Below, piece by piece: positions 8,224-16,297 of a stretch of 22,698 nucleotides of DNA. Positions within the stretch are counted from its first letter, which is position 1. Each line of letters begins with the position of its first letter. Origin of the DNA: Terrimicrobiaceae bacterium (GTDB lineage: Bacteria; Verrucomicrobiota; Verrucomicrobiia; Chthoniobacterales; Terrimicrobiaceae); contig JBGSVZ010000072.1 in NCBI GenBank assembly GCA_041752695.1, positions 1-22,698 of the forward strand, written 5' to 3'. The position numbers were made by a program, and so were the translations under genes. A model generated the notes under the pieces. It did not search any database. It worked only from the letters and a program-made list of their open reading frames with translations, and was not told the origin of the DNA.

Positions 8224-9102
8224 ATGTCGAGTGCGGACAAGTGTCGTGAGGTGAAGGTGGGACGCGGGAAGATCGTGGAGGGCGATTCTTTGGAGGCGCT
8301 GGCCCGGCTTGAGGAGGGAGGTTTCCAGGCCATCATTGCTGACCCGCCCTATTTCCAGGTGCTCTTGGAACACGAATGGGACATGGCATGGGCGTCGGCG
8401 GACGAATATCTGGACTGGACGCTGGCGTGGGTAAGGGCTTGCCGGCGGGTGTTGCGGCCCGATGGCTTGATGTTCATCTTCGGCCAGCTCGGCAAACGCG
8501 AGCATGTCTGGCTGCATATGTGTTCGATGCTGGCGAAGGAGATGCAATTTCACGACATGCTGATCTGGGACCGGGCGGTCGGGTATAACGAACGCCGGGA
8601 TTCCTTCACGCCGCAGTATGAGATGGTGCTGGTTTTGCGGCAGGATGCGGACGCGAAACCGTATTTTGACAAGGACGCGGTGCGGATTCCGTATGACGAA
8701 AAAACCATTCAGACGTACCTGCGTGACAATCGTTATAAGGATCTGGCGGCGAGGGAGGCGCATCTGCGCAAAGGCAAGTTTGCCACGAATATCCTGCGGG
8801 TGCCGTCCTTAAAAGGAACGACTTCGGAAAAGGCCGGCCATCCCTCGCAGAAGCCCGTCGCGCTGATTCATCATTTGGTGGCCTGCAGCACCCGCCCCGG
8901 TGACGCGGTGCTGGATCCCTTTCTGGGCAGTGGAACGACGGCTGTGTGCTGTGAGGAACAAGGACGGAACTGGGTGGGCATCGAGAAAAGGGCGGAGTAC
9001 GTGGAGATGGCGCGGGAGCGGGTCAAGAGTCGGGAGTCGAGGGACGAGGGAGAGGTCGAGGGTCGAGGGCCGGGGTGCGAAGGCGGAGAAATCGAAGGGT
9101 AG
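8224..9102 (+). CDS. Site-specific DNA methyltransferase (N6-A/N4-C, beta class), apparently orphan
   Basis: Catalytic IIADPPY near the N-terminus; HPSQKP and VLDPFLGSGTT SAM motif near the C-terminus. ATG at 8224 is preferred to the 8128 start, which lies in repeat DNA. Confidence 0.93.
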   Translation: MSSADKCREVKVGRGKIVEGDSLEALARLEEGGFQAIIADPPYFQVLLEHEWDMAWASADEYLDWTLAWVRACRRVLRPDGLMFIFGQLGKREHVWLHMCSMLAKEMQFHDMLIWDRAVGYNERRDSFTPQYEMVLVLRQDADAKPYFDKDAVRIPYDEKTIQTYLRDNRYKDLAAREAHLRKGKFATNILRVPSLKGTTSEKAGHPSQKPVALIHHLVACSTRPGDAVLDPFLGSGTTAVCCEEQGRNWVGIEKRAEYVEMARERVKSRESRDEGEVEGRGPGCEGGEIEG

Positions 9103-9201
9103 GGTAGGCTGTTTTAGGAGTTGGTCGAGGGTCGAGGTGGTCGAGAGTCGAGTGGGTCGAAAGTCGAGGGGCTCTCGTCCCTCGACGCTCGTCCCTCGAC
9201 C
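9022..9201. repeat. GTCGAGR heptamer tracts followed by an inverted CTCGAC tract
   Basis: gtcgagg/gtcgaga units at 9022-9070 and 9124-9170; complementary ctcgtcc/ctcgacg units at 9170-9200. Confidence 0.88.
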
Positions 9202-9606
9202 TTATTGGCGGCTTTTTTGTGGGACGTTGATGCGTGGGGTTCGGCCCAAAGATTTGGAAAAGGCTACGAGCTGGGCCGCGAGAATATCGGCTTCCGAGAG
9301 GATCTCTTCGAATTCGGATTCCGTGATGTAGCTTTCATCGAGAGCGAGAAATAGCTGAGAAATGGTCTCCATGAGGGAGCGGTACGCAATCTCCAGAAAG
9401 TGCGCGAAATCCGTATCGGAATTTCGGCCTAACCCTTCGGCAATGTTGTAACTGATCGAAATCGATGCCCGCCGAATTTGAGAGGTGAGAGCGAATCTTT
9501 CCTGCTCTGGAAACTTGCGGCTTACCGCGTAAACCCTGCGGTTGAGCACACGCGCCTTCTGCCAGACTTCCAAATTTTCAAACCGAAATGCTCTGCGATT
9601 ATTCAT
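9202..9606 (-). CDS. Four-helix-bundle protein (23S rRNA IVP / TIGR02436-like)
   Basis: FENLEVWQKA...FPEQERFALTSQIRRASISISYNIAEG.GR....F.HFL.IA..SL.E is the family signature; ATG at 9606 gives 134 aa. Confidence 0.94.
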   Translation of the reverse strand: MNNRRAFRFENLEVWQKARVLNRRVYAVSRKFPEQERFALTSQIRRASISISYNIAEGLGRNSDTDFAHFLEIAYRSLMETISQLFLALDESYITESEFEEILSEADILAAQLVAFSKSLGRTPRINVPQKSRQ

Positions 9607-9625
9607 GATGTGGAGGGACGAAGGC

Positions 9626-9704
9626 GTCGAGAGTCGAGTGGGGCCGAGAGTCGAGCGCGGATGAGGGGCGAGAGGCTCTCGACCCTCGACGCTCGGCACT
9701 CGAC
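9626..9704. repeat. GTCGAGA tract plus inverted CTCGAC tract
   Basis: cgtcgagagtcgagtggggccgagagtcgag followed by ggctctcgaccctcgacgctcggcactcgac (9674-9704), which is 28/31 identical to 9170-9200. Confidence 0.88.
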
Positions 9705-10469
9705 CTATTTCTGCAAATTATACTTCAAAATGCACCGCAGGGCGCTGAAGCCATCCTTCCAGCCGATCTTTTTGCCCTCGGCGTAGGTGCGGCCGTGGTA
9801 GGAAATCGCGACCTCGTAGATGCGCACGCCGAGCCGGGAGACTTTGGCGGTGATCTCGGGCTCGAAGCCGAATCGGGGTTCTTCGATGGTGATTGATTGG
9901 AGAATCTCGCGGCGGAAGGCTTTGTAGCACGTCTCCATGTCGGTGAGGTTCAGGTTGGTGAACATATTCGACAGGAGGGTGAGGAAGGTGTTGCCCACGG
10001 AGTGCCAGAAATAAAGGACGCGATGTTCCTCGGAGCCGATGAAGCGGGAGCCAAAAACAACGTCGGCGTGATTCTGCAGGATCGGCCGGATGATCCGCGG
10101 GTATTCCGACGGATCGTATTCCAGATCAGCATCCTGGATGATGATGAGTGGTGCGGTGGCTTTGGAGATGCCGGTACGGAGAGCGGCACCCTTGCCTTTG
10201 TTGACGTCGTGATGGAAGGCGCGGATGCGGGGATCGGCCGCGGCGAGTTTGTCGAGAACCGCCCCGGACCCGTCCGACGAACAGTCGTTGACGCAGATCA
10301 ATTCCGCCACACAGGGCTGGGCGAGGACGATGGCGATGACTTCACCAACGGTCGAGGCCTCGTTGTAAACGGGCATGACGACGGAGAGGCACGGCCCTTC
10401 GGGCCGAACGCTCAACGCTGAACTTTCAACTTTCAACGTCGAAGGGGATTCACAGTTTGTAGTGGTCAA
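9705..10469 (-). CDS. Glycosyltransferase family 2 (DPM1-like, polyprenol-phosphate glycosyltransferase)
   Basis: LSVVMPVYNE, VNDCSSDGS, NKGKGAALR, IIQDADLEYDP, DMETCYK and FGFEPEITAK motifs. Start uncertain: in-frame TTG at 10469 chosen because the 10580 start lies in a REP-like element. Confidence 0.9.
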   Translation of the reverse strand: MTTTNCESPSTLKVESSALSVRPEGPCLSVVMPVYNEASTVGEVIAIVLAQPCVAELICVNDCSSDGSGAVLDKLAAADPRIRAFHHDVNKGKGAALRTGISKATAPLIIIQDADLEYDPSEYPRIIRPILQNHADVVFGSRFIGSEEHRVLYFWHSVGNTFLTLLSNMFTNLNLTDMETCYKAFRREILQSITIEEPRFGFEPEITAKVSRLGVRIYEVAISYHGRTYAEGKKIGWKDGFSALRCILKYNLQK

Positions 10470-10558
10470 GGCTGAAAGGCTGAAACAGGGAGCGATGAAA
10501 ATGAAAGATGAAAATGAAAGGAAATACGCGGGAGGCGGTGCAGGACAAATTTCTGGGA

Positions 10559-10746
10559 GCGCTGAAGGCGCAGGATTCAATAGCCCAGGGCAACGCCCTG
10601 GGATTTGGATCGTTGCAGCGGCGAGGGCTGAAGGCCTGCTATATCTACTCGTGTATCGAGCTATTACGGGCTTTCAGCCCTATTCTCATTAGGGATGAAG
10701 TTCCCAGGGCGTTGCCCTGGGCTGTGGAAGGATGCACCTTTGGTGC
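10559..10746. repeat. REPIN/MITE-like nested inverted-repeat element
   Basis: Perfect 22-bp IR agcccagggcaacgccctggga (10582-10603 / 10702-10723), inner IR 10624-10636 / 10668-10681, outer imperfect IR 10559-10572 / 10733-10746. Confidence 0.85.
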
Positions 10747-10799
10747 AGGAAGAGATTGTTCTGCACCCAAAATGGATTCAGACGGTTTTTTTCAGGCTT

Positions 10800-12029
10800 T
10801 CAGCGTTTCAGCATCTCCGCTTTTTGCCGAATTCGTTCGAATTCGGCCAGCGCCATTCCCACGACCTGGTCCATGTTATAATAGCGGTAGGTGGCGAGGC
10901 GTCCGACGAAGCTGACGTTCTCCTCCTGGGCGGAGAGGGCGGCGTATTGGTCGTAGATGACCTTCGCATCGGGGGCTGGGATGGGATAGTAGGGCTCTTT
11001 GCCGGGACCGAAATCCTCCGGGTATTCGCGCACGATGGTCGTGGCGGGAATTTGCTGACCGGTGGCGTGTTTGATTTCCACGATGCGGGTGAAGTCGTGG
11101 TCGTTTGGGTAGTTCACCTGCATGGCCGGTTGGTAGAAATCCTGTTCAAGGGTCTCGGGCTCGAATCGCAGGGAACGATAGGGCAGGGGGCCGAAACGGA
11201 AATCGTAAAACTCGTCGATCATCCCCGTGTAGATGAGGTGGCCGTAGGAGATCGAAGATGGGAGATCGGAGATGGGAGATGGGACCACCGAAGTGGGGGG
11301 GCTTTCGGAGTTCGGAGTTCGGCGTTCGAAGTTCGGAGTTTGCAGCGCGACCGGCTGCCTCGTTGCCGGATCGAAGGCGGTGTTGAGGCGGACGGTGATG
11401 TTCGGGTGATCGAGGATTTTCTCGAACATCGCGGTGTAGCCGTGCTTCGGTAGGGCTTGGAATTTTTCGGCGAGGTAACGGTCATCGCGGTTGGTGCGGA
11501 TCGGGATGCGTCCGCAGACGGAGGCGTCGAGATCCTTCGGGTCGCGCTTCCACTGCTTGCGCGTGTAGTTTTTGAAGAACATCTCATAGAGCTTCCAGCC
11601 GACCTGGGAGATGATGACTTCCTCGGAGTTGGCCGGTTTTTCGATCTCGATGCGCCACTCGGCCAGCGTGGCTTCCATTTCCTCTGTGGTGGAGGGCCGG
11701 CCGATGAGTTGCTCAAAGGTGTTGAGGTTGATGGGAAACTGCCAGAACTGGCCGTCCACGTGACAGAGGATCTTGTAGTCGACCGGGTGCCATTCCGTAA
11801 ACTGGCTGAGGTATTCGACAATGCGCTCGGAGTTTGAGCGGAAGTAGTGGGGACCGTATTTGTGGAGCAGGACGCCCGCGGCGTCGTAATAATCGTGCGA
11901 GTTGCCGCCGATGTGGTCTCGGCGGTCAATGACGAGGCAGGTCTTGCCCGATTGAGACGCCAGGCGCTCCGCCAGCACGGCCCCGGCGTATCCGGCGCCG
12001 ACGATAAGGTAGTCGAAGTGGGTATTCAT
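10800..12029 (-). CDS. glf: UDP-galactopyranose mutase, with a repeat-derived in-frame insertion
   Basis: IVGAGYAG FAD motif, IGGN, HKYGPH, YTRKQW, LPYRSL, TRIVE, PYYPIP and GRLATYRYYNMDQ. Confidence 0.97.
   Translation of the reverse strand: MNTHFDYLIVGAGYAGAVLAERLASQSGKTCLVIDRRDHIGGNSHDYYDAAGVLLHKYGPHYFRSNSERIVEYLSQFTEWHPVDYKILCHVDGQFWQFPINLNTFEQLIGRPSTTEEMEATLAEWRIEIEKPANSEEVIISQVGWKLYEMFFKNYTRKQWKRDPKDLDASVCGRIPIRTNRDDRYLAEKFQALPKHGYTAMFEKILDHPNITVRLNTAFDPATRQPVALQTPNFERRTPNSESPPTSVVPSPISDLPSSISYGHLIYTGMIDEFYDFRFGPLPYRSLRFEPETLEQDFYQPAMQVNYPNDHDFTRIVEIKHATGQQIPATTIVREYPEDFGPGKEPYYPIPAPDAKVIYDQYAALSAQEENVSFVGRLATYRYYNMDQVVGMALAEFERIRQKAEMLKR
11247..11338. repeat. Two 5-unit heptamer arrays inside glf
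   Basis: GRAGATS x5 (11247-11281) and TTCGRMG x5 (11304-11338). Confidence 0.9.
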
Positions 12030-12037
12030 TGGTTCAG

Positions 12038-12108
12038 GGTCGAGGAGGTCGAGCGTCGAGAGTGGGAGGTCTTTTCATGCCCTCGTCCTTGGTCACTCGT
12101 CTCTCGAC
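12038..12108. repeat. GTCGAG tract plus inverted CTCGAC tract upstream of glf
   Basis: ggtcgaggaggtcgagcgtcgagag ... cctcgtccttggtcactcgtctctcgac. Confidence 0.7.
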
Positions 12109-12204
12109 ATCCACCAGACATGCTGCCGCCCTTGGTCATTCCTGTAAAAAAGGAAACCACTTGGCGAAGTTCGAGATGTCTGCGGTTCCGCACGGGGCGG
12201 AGGT

Positions 12205-12708
12205 TTAATCTCCCTGCAGGAGCTTTTCAGCGAGCGGCAGGAAGGTGGAGGCACGTTTGTGCCATTTCGTGATGCGCTGCAAACGCACCTGCGCGGTGGG
12301 GCGGCTGGTGGCTGGCAGCGCGGGAAGAAGAGATGCGAGCCGGGAAAGACGGTCCGCATTGGCGGAGAGGCGGGGGACCAGGCGGGTGCGGAGGAATCCC
12401 CCGAGGAGGGGTTTTAGCTCGAGGCGCGCCGTGTATTTGTGGCTGCGGTCGCCCTCCTCGCGGGTCCGGGAAATGGCACCAAATTCTTCCAGGTGCCGCA
12501 GTCCCTGGCTGGCTGATCCCTTGCTGATGGCGAGGCGGCCGACGATTTCTTCCATGGAGAGGGCAGTCTCGGAAGCGAAAAGCACGCCGTAGATCGCGCC
12601 GTGAGAGGGCGGATTGCCGAAGAGGTCGGCCAGATCCGAAAAAATCGCCACCAGTTCGCGCTCAAGTTCCTCGCGTGCGGCAGCCGTATTTTCCACGGGG
12701 AATTCCAT
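12205..12708 (-). CDS. GbsR/MarR-family transcriptional regulator
   Basis: 167 aa; FG.P...G.IYG.LF.S...LS.EEI..RL.ISKGSASQGLR.L winged-HTH pattern; first gene of the leftward arm. Confidence 0.85.
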   Translation of the reverse strand: MEFPVENTAAAREELERELVAIFSDLADLFGNPPSHGAIYGVLFASETALSMEEIVGRLAISKGSASQGLRHLEEFGAISRTREEGDRSHKYTARLELKPLLGGFLRTRLVPRLSANADRLSRLASLLPALPATSRPTAQVRLQRITKWHKRASTFLPLAEKLLQGD

Positions 12709-12741
12709 GAGAGGAAGAGGATGAAGTGGCAGTTGCGAATA

Positions 12742-12762
12742 TTCAATTCAAAATGAACTGAA
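12742..12762. promoter_or_regulatory. Inverted-repeat operator candidate
   Basis: TTCAATTCA-AAA-TGAACTGAA (8/9 IR), AT-rich, in the divergent intergenic region 33 bp upstream of the regulator start. Confidence 0.55.
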
Positions 12763-12867
12763 AAATAGTCGAGGGTCGTGGGCTGAAGAAGCTAAGATGC
12801 TGGACGGCGGCTCCGCCGCGGGATTTTAGCTTTCCACTTTCCGCTTTCCACTTTTCCCTTCCGCTCA

Positions 12868-14769
12868 ATGCGTTACCTGATCGCCGTTCTCTGTGCTGTT
12901 GCCGTGATTTCGGCGCAGGCGCTTTACGGCGGGGCGATGCGGCCGGTCTTTGCGTTGCCGGCGCTCCTGCTGTTGGCGGTGGCTGGTGCCCTGGCGTTGG
13001 TGGCGATCGTTTGGCGCAACGTTCCGGCCCCCTCGATTCCCTGTGTGGTGTCGGTGATGGCTTTTGCCGGCTGGCTGATCTGGCGCACGATGGAATCTCC
13101 GGACGCGTGGCTGGCTGCCGGGTATCTGCGCCTCGTGGTTGGCTGCCTGGTCATGTACTTGATCTTCGGTCTGTTGGTCACCAATCCCTACCACCGTCTG
13201 GCGTTTGTCTGCGTGCTGTTTCTGGCGGCGGCAATCCAGGCGTCCCTCGCGGGCTTGCAGTTTGCGCGGATGGAGGCGGGAACTTTGTTTCCCTGGCAGT
13301 CGGAGCAATTGCGAATCTGGTATGCCCCGAAAGCAAATCTGACCGGTCATGTGGTGAATTTGCGGGGACGCGGCACCTATCTAAACGGCAACCATCTCGT
13401 GTGGTTTCTCAATACGGCAGGCCTGATGGCACTCTCGCTGACATGTTGGGGCCGCTGGGGGCTGAAGGTGAAAATCCTTTGCCTGTATGTGGCATTGGCG
13501 AGTTTCGCGGGGTCCGTGGTGACATTGAGCCGCGGAGGAATGCTGGGGCTGGGGGCGGGGCTCACCGTTTTTTTGCTGTTGAGTGCCCTCGCTTTGGCGC
13601 TGGGTGCCCGGAATCGGCGGTTGGTGAGCATTTTGGTCCTGGCGGCGGCGACCGTTGTTGTCGCGAGCGTCGGATTCCTGCTCTTTAAAAACAATTTCGT
13701 GGTGCAGCAGCGATTCGTGGAGTTGGTGAGTGACACCTACCGTCCATCCGTCTTCGAGGCGGCTCTTCGCCAGGCGCAGATTGCTCCGCTCCTCGGAACC
13801 GGTGCGGGAACGTTTCTCTACTTTGGCCGGGCGTATCGGGCGATGACGTCCTTCAACGACGATGTGTACGTCCATAACGATTGGATGCAATTGCTGACAG
13901 ATTTCGGGTTCCCGGCCGTGGTTCTTCTTCTGGGGGTGGTCTGGGTCCATGGGGTCGAGGGCCTCCGCAGTCTGCGGGAAGTGCTGCAGAGGCGGATGGC
14001 GGTGCATTCCCGCCCGCAAAGCCATGCGGCGGCTCTTCTGATTGGCGCGCTGGCGTGTCTCGCCGTTTTTGTTGTTCATTCCGTCTTTGATTTTAATATG
14101 CAGATCCCGGCCAACGCGCTCCTCGCTTCCGCTTTTCTGGGCATGCTGGCCAATCCCGGGGTTGCGGGTATCACTCCCTCCGCGCGGGGCCGCGCCTTCT
14201 TCCGGCGGCTGGCCTGTCTCGTTTGCGCGGGCTGCGCGGTCTGGTTAATCGCGTTGAGCCTGAGGGCGGCCGGGCCGGAATATTTCTGGCTGGAGGCGGA
14301 GAACTCCAAGTTACGGGGAAACCTCAATGAGGCGAAAATTTTTGCCGAGGCAGGGCTTCGTCTGGGGAGGCACAGCCGCCTCAACCAAACCCTCGGCGAA
14401 GTTTACCTGACTGCGGCGATGGCCCGCGGAGAGGGGCCGGGCCGCAGGGAGTGGGCACGTCGGGCGGGCGAACAGTTTGCCCTCTGTGTCGAGGACTGTG
14501 CCATGGAAGGGCGGAATTTTCTCTTGCTTGGTGAGGCTCGATGGTTGGAAGGGCGCAGCCGCGAGGCTGAGAGAGCGGTTGTCGAATCCATCCTGCGTGC
14601 CCCAATTTTGGGACGAGGGTATGAACGATGCGGGGACTTCCTGGCAGACAGGGGCCAGTGGCGGGAAGCCAGACAAGCCTATCTGGTTGCCGCCACGCTG
14701 CCGGGGAGTCTCGATTCCGGGAGAAGTGCTGCGATGATGGCAAAAAAGCTTTTGATCTTGGGTCAGTAG
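12868..14769 (+). CDS. O-antigen ligase / Wzy_C-family membrane protein with helical (TPR-like) C-terminus
   Basis: RGTYLNGNH, TLSRGG, PLLGTGAG, HNDWMQ and HSVFDFNMQIPAN motifs; about 12 TM segments. Confidence 0.88.
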   Translation: MRYLIAVLCAVAVISAQALYGGAMRPVFALPALLLLAVAGALALVAIVWRNVPAPSIPCVVSVMAFAGWLIWRTMESPDAWLAAGYLRLVVGCLVMYLIFGLLVTNPYHRLAFVCVLFLAAAIQASLAGLQFARMEAGTLFPWQSEQLRIWYAPKANLTGHVVNLRGRGTYLNGNHLVWFLNTAGLMALSLTCWGRWGLKVKILCLYVALASFAGSVVTLSRGGMLGLGAGLTVFLLLSALALALGARNRRLVSILVLAAATVVVASVGFLLFKNNFVVQQRFVELVSDTYRPSVFEAALRQAQIAPLLGTGAGTFLYFGRAYRAMTSFNDDVYVHNDWMQLLTDFGFPAVVLLLGVVWVHGVEGLRSLREVLQRRMAVHSRPQSHAAALLIGALACLAVFVVHSVFDFNMQIPANALLASAFLGMLANPGVAGITPSARGRAFFRRLACLVCAGCAVWLIALSLRAAGPEYFWLEAENSKLRGNLNEAKIFAEAGLRLGRHSRLNQTLGEVYLTAAMARGEGPGRREWARRAGEQFALCVEDCAMEGRNFLLLGEARWLEGRSREAERAVVESILRAPILGRGYERCGDFLADRGQWREARQAYLVAATLPGSLDSGRSAAMMAKKLLILGQ

Positions 14770-14922
14770 GATCTGATGGCAGGGAGCAGGGCAGCCTAGA
14801 GCTGATGAGGCCGCTCCGTCTCCCACCCTAGGGCCAGGTGGGCATCAGATATTTCCTTACCTGTTCGTCAGGGCAAAACGAATATGTTGCCTTCGCTCGG
14901 TAAATCGCTACAAAGCGCGGAT

Positions 14923-16212
14923 ATGGAACCGTGCAATCGAAGCAGGTGGAATTTTCTCGTCGGCGCAGCGGCAGGGTTGATCTTCGCGATGCCCTCCCTC
15001 TCGTTGGCTCAGGTCTCGTTTTATACCGCGCCCGTGCCTGCGGGTTTTTCTGACGATGTCGGAGGTAACGAAACGGGAATCACAACCTCGGAGGAGTCCG
15101 GGGGAGGCTTCGGGGTTTTCTCGCGGAAACCGTTCACTCTCACGTTCTCGGTCCGCCAGGGCTGGGACAGCAACGTTTTCACGACTTCGGATGATCCGAT
15201 CAGTAGTTTTTACACCAACTACGCGGCCGGAATCTCGTATGCTTTCGGCGGTTCGAGGCTGCGGCTCTCGACCAGCCTGAGTGGAGGCATTACGCAATAC
15301 TACCAGCGACCTGGCGATGAGTTGGACTTCAATTGGGTATGGGGCCTGAGCGCCACCTATCTGGCCACGCCACGCCTCACTTTGACTGCTTCCACCAGCA
15401 CGGCCTATCTGGCCCAGCCCGATCTGACCATCATCGGTGGCACCAATCGCCAAGACGGTGACTATTTTTATTCCAGCAACACGTTCACGGCTGCATACCA
15501 ATGGACGGAGATTATCTCAACGGTCACGAGCTACAACTTCACCGTCTTTTATTACGCGGACGAGAGTCTCAATGACAATCAGGGTCGTGTCGATCAGACG
15601 GTCGGACAATCCATTCGCTGGCTGTGGAAACCCAAAACCACCTTGGTGGCTGAATATCGGATCAATCCCGTAGTTTATTTCGATGCGGACCTCAATCAGC
15701 TCAGCAATTTTTTCCTCGTTGGTTTTGATCAGGTGTTCAACCCGCGATTTTTCTGGAATGTCCGGGTGGGTGCCCAGGTGAATTTCAATGATAATCCGGT
15801 AGATGGAACTTCGGTCTACGTCGGTCCCTACATGGAAAGCACACTCACTTACGCTGTCGGCAAGGCGACGAGCGTGGCTTGGAACATGCGCTACGGCACA
15901 GAGGCCTCCGGTCTTAACAATGTGACGCAGCGCCAGACTTTCCGCACTGGCTTGGTGGTGACTCACGGGATCACGCCTCGCCTCGGGGCGACTTTCGCCA
16001 TGAACTACCAGTGCAATTATTACGATCAGGCCAATGTGATTCCTGAGTTCGTGGAAAATATCGTCGATTTTTCTGTCGGGTTGAATTTCCGGGTCAATCG
16101 GTGGGTGAGCCTGTCCGCAGGTTATCAATTTACCATCGACATTGCGCCGGAGATTACCGGACGTGAGTACAACCGGAGTGTTGTCTTTGCCGGTGCCAAC
16201 TTCACCTTTTAG
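14923..16212 (+). CDS. Outer-membrane beta-barrel protein (polysaccharide-export associated)
   Basis: Signal peptide ending SLA-Q, alternating amphipathic Y/F/W-rich strands, GWDSNV motif, C-terminal ANFTF. Alternative start at 14884. Confidence 0.85.
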   Translation: MEPCNRSRWNFLVGAAAGLIFAMPSLSLAQVSFYTAPVPAGFSDDVGGNETGITTSEESGGGFGVFSRKPFTLTFSVRQGWDSNVFTTSDDPISSFYTNYAAGISYAFGGSRLRLSTSLSGGITQYYQRPGDELDFNWVWGLSATYLATPRLTLTASTSTAYLAQPDLTIIGGTNRQDGDYFYSSNTFTAAYQWTEIISTVTSYNFTVFYYADESLNDNQGRVDQTVGQSIRWLWKPKTTLVAEYRINPVVYFDADLNQLSNFFLVGFDQVFNPRFFWNVRVGAQVNFNDNPVDGTSVYVGPYMESTLTYAVGKATSVAWNMRYGTEASGLNNVTQRQTFRTGLVVTHGITPRLGATFAMNYQCNYYDQANVIPEFVENIVDFSVGLNFRVNRWVSLSAGYQFTIDIAPEITGREYNRSVVFAGANFTF

Positions 16213-16297
16213 TCTGGCAGCCGTCCGCAACTCCGAATGGATCTTTTGCCAGGGTTGACGGTGCCCTCCCACAGGGTATCTTAAGCTCATCCACCCT

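Noticed and set aside
9202..9606. Diversity-generating retroelement (Avd-like gene)
   Set aside because: No reverse transcriptase and no TR/VR pair with adenine-specific mismatches seen in the window.
8224..9606. MTase plus neighbour as a restriction-modification pair
   Set aside because: The neighbour is a four-helix-bundle protein on the opposite strand with no nuclease motif.
8128..10580. Longest-ORF starts for the MTase (8128), four-helix protein (9699) and GT2 (10580); also ParE (5809) and Gnd (19616)
   Set aside because: The extensions lie in repeat DNA or overlap neighbouring genes; downstream starts match the family N-termini.
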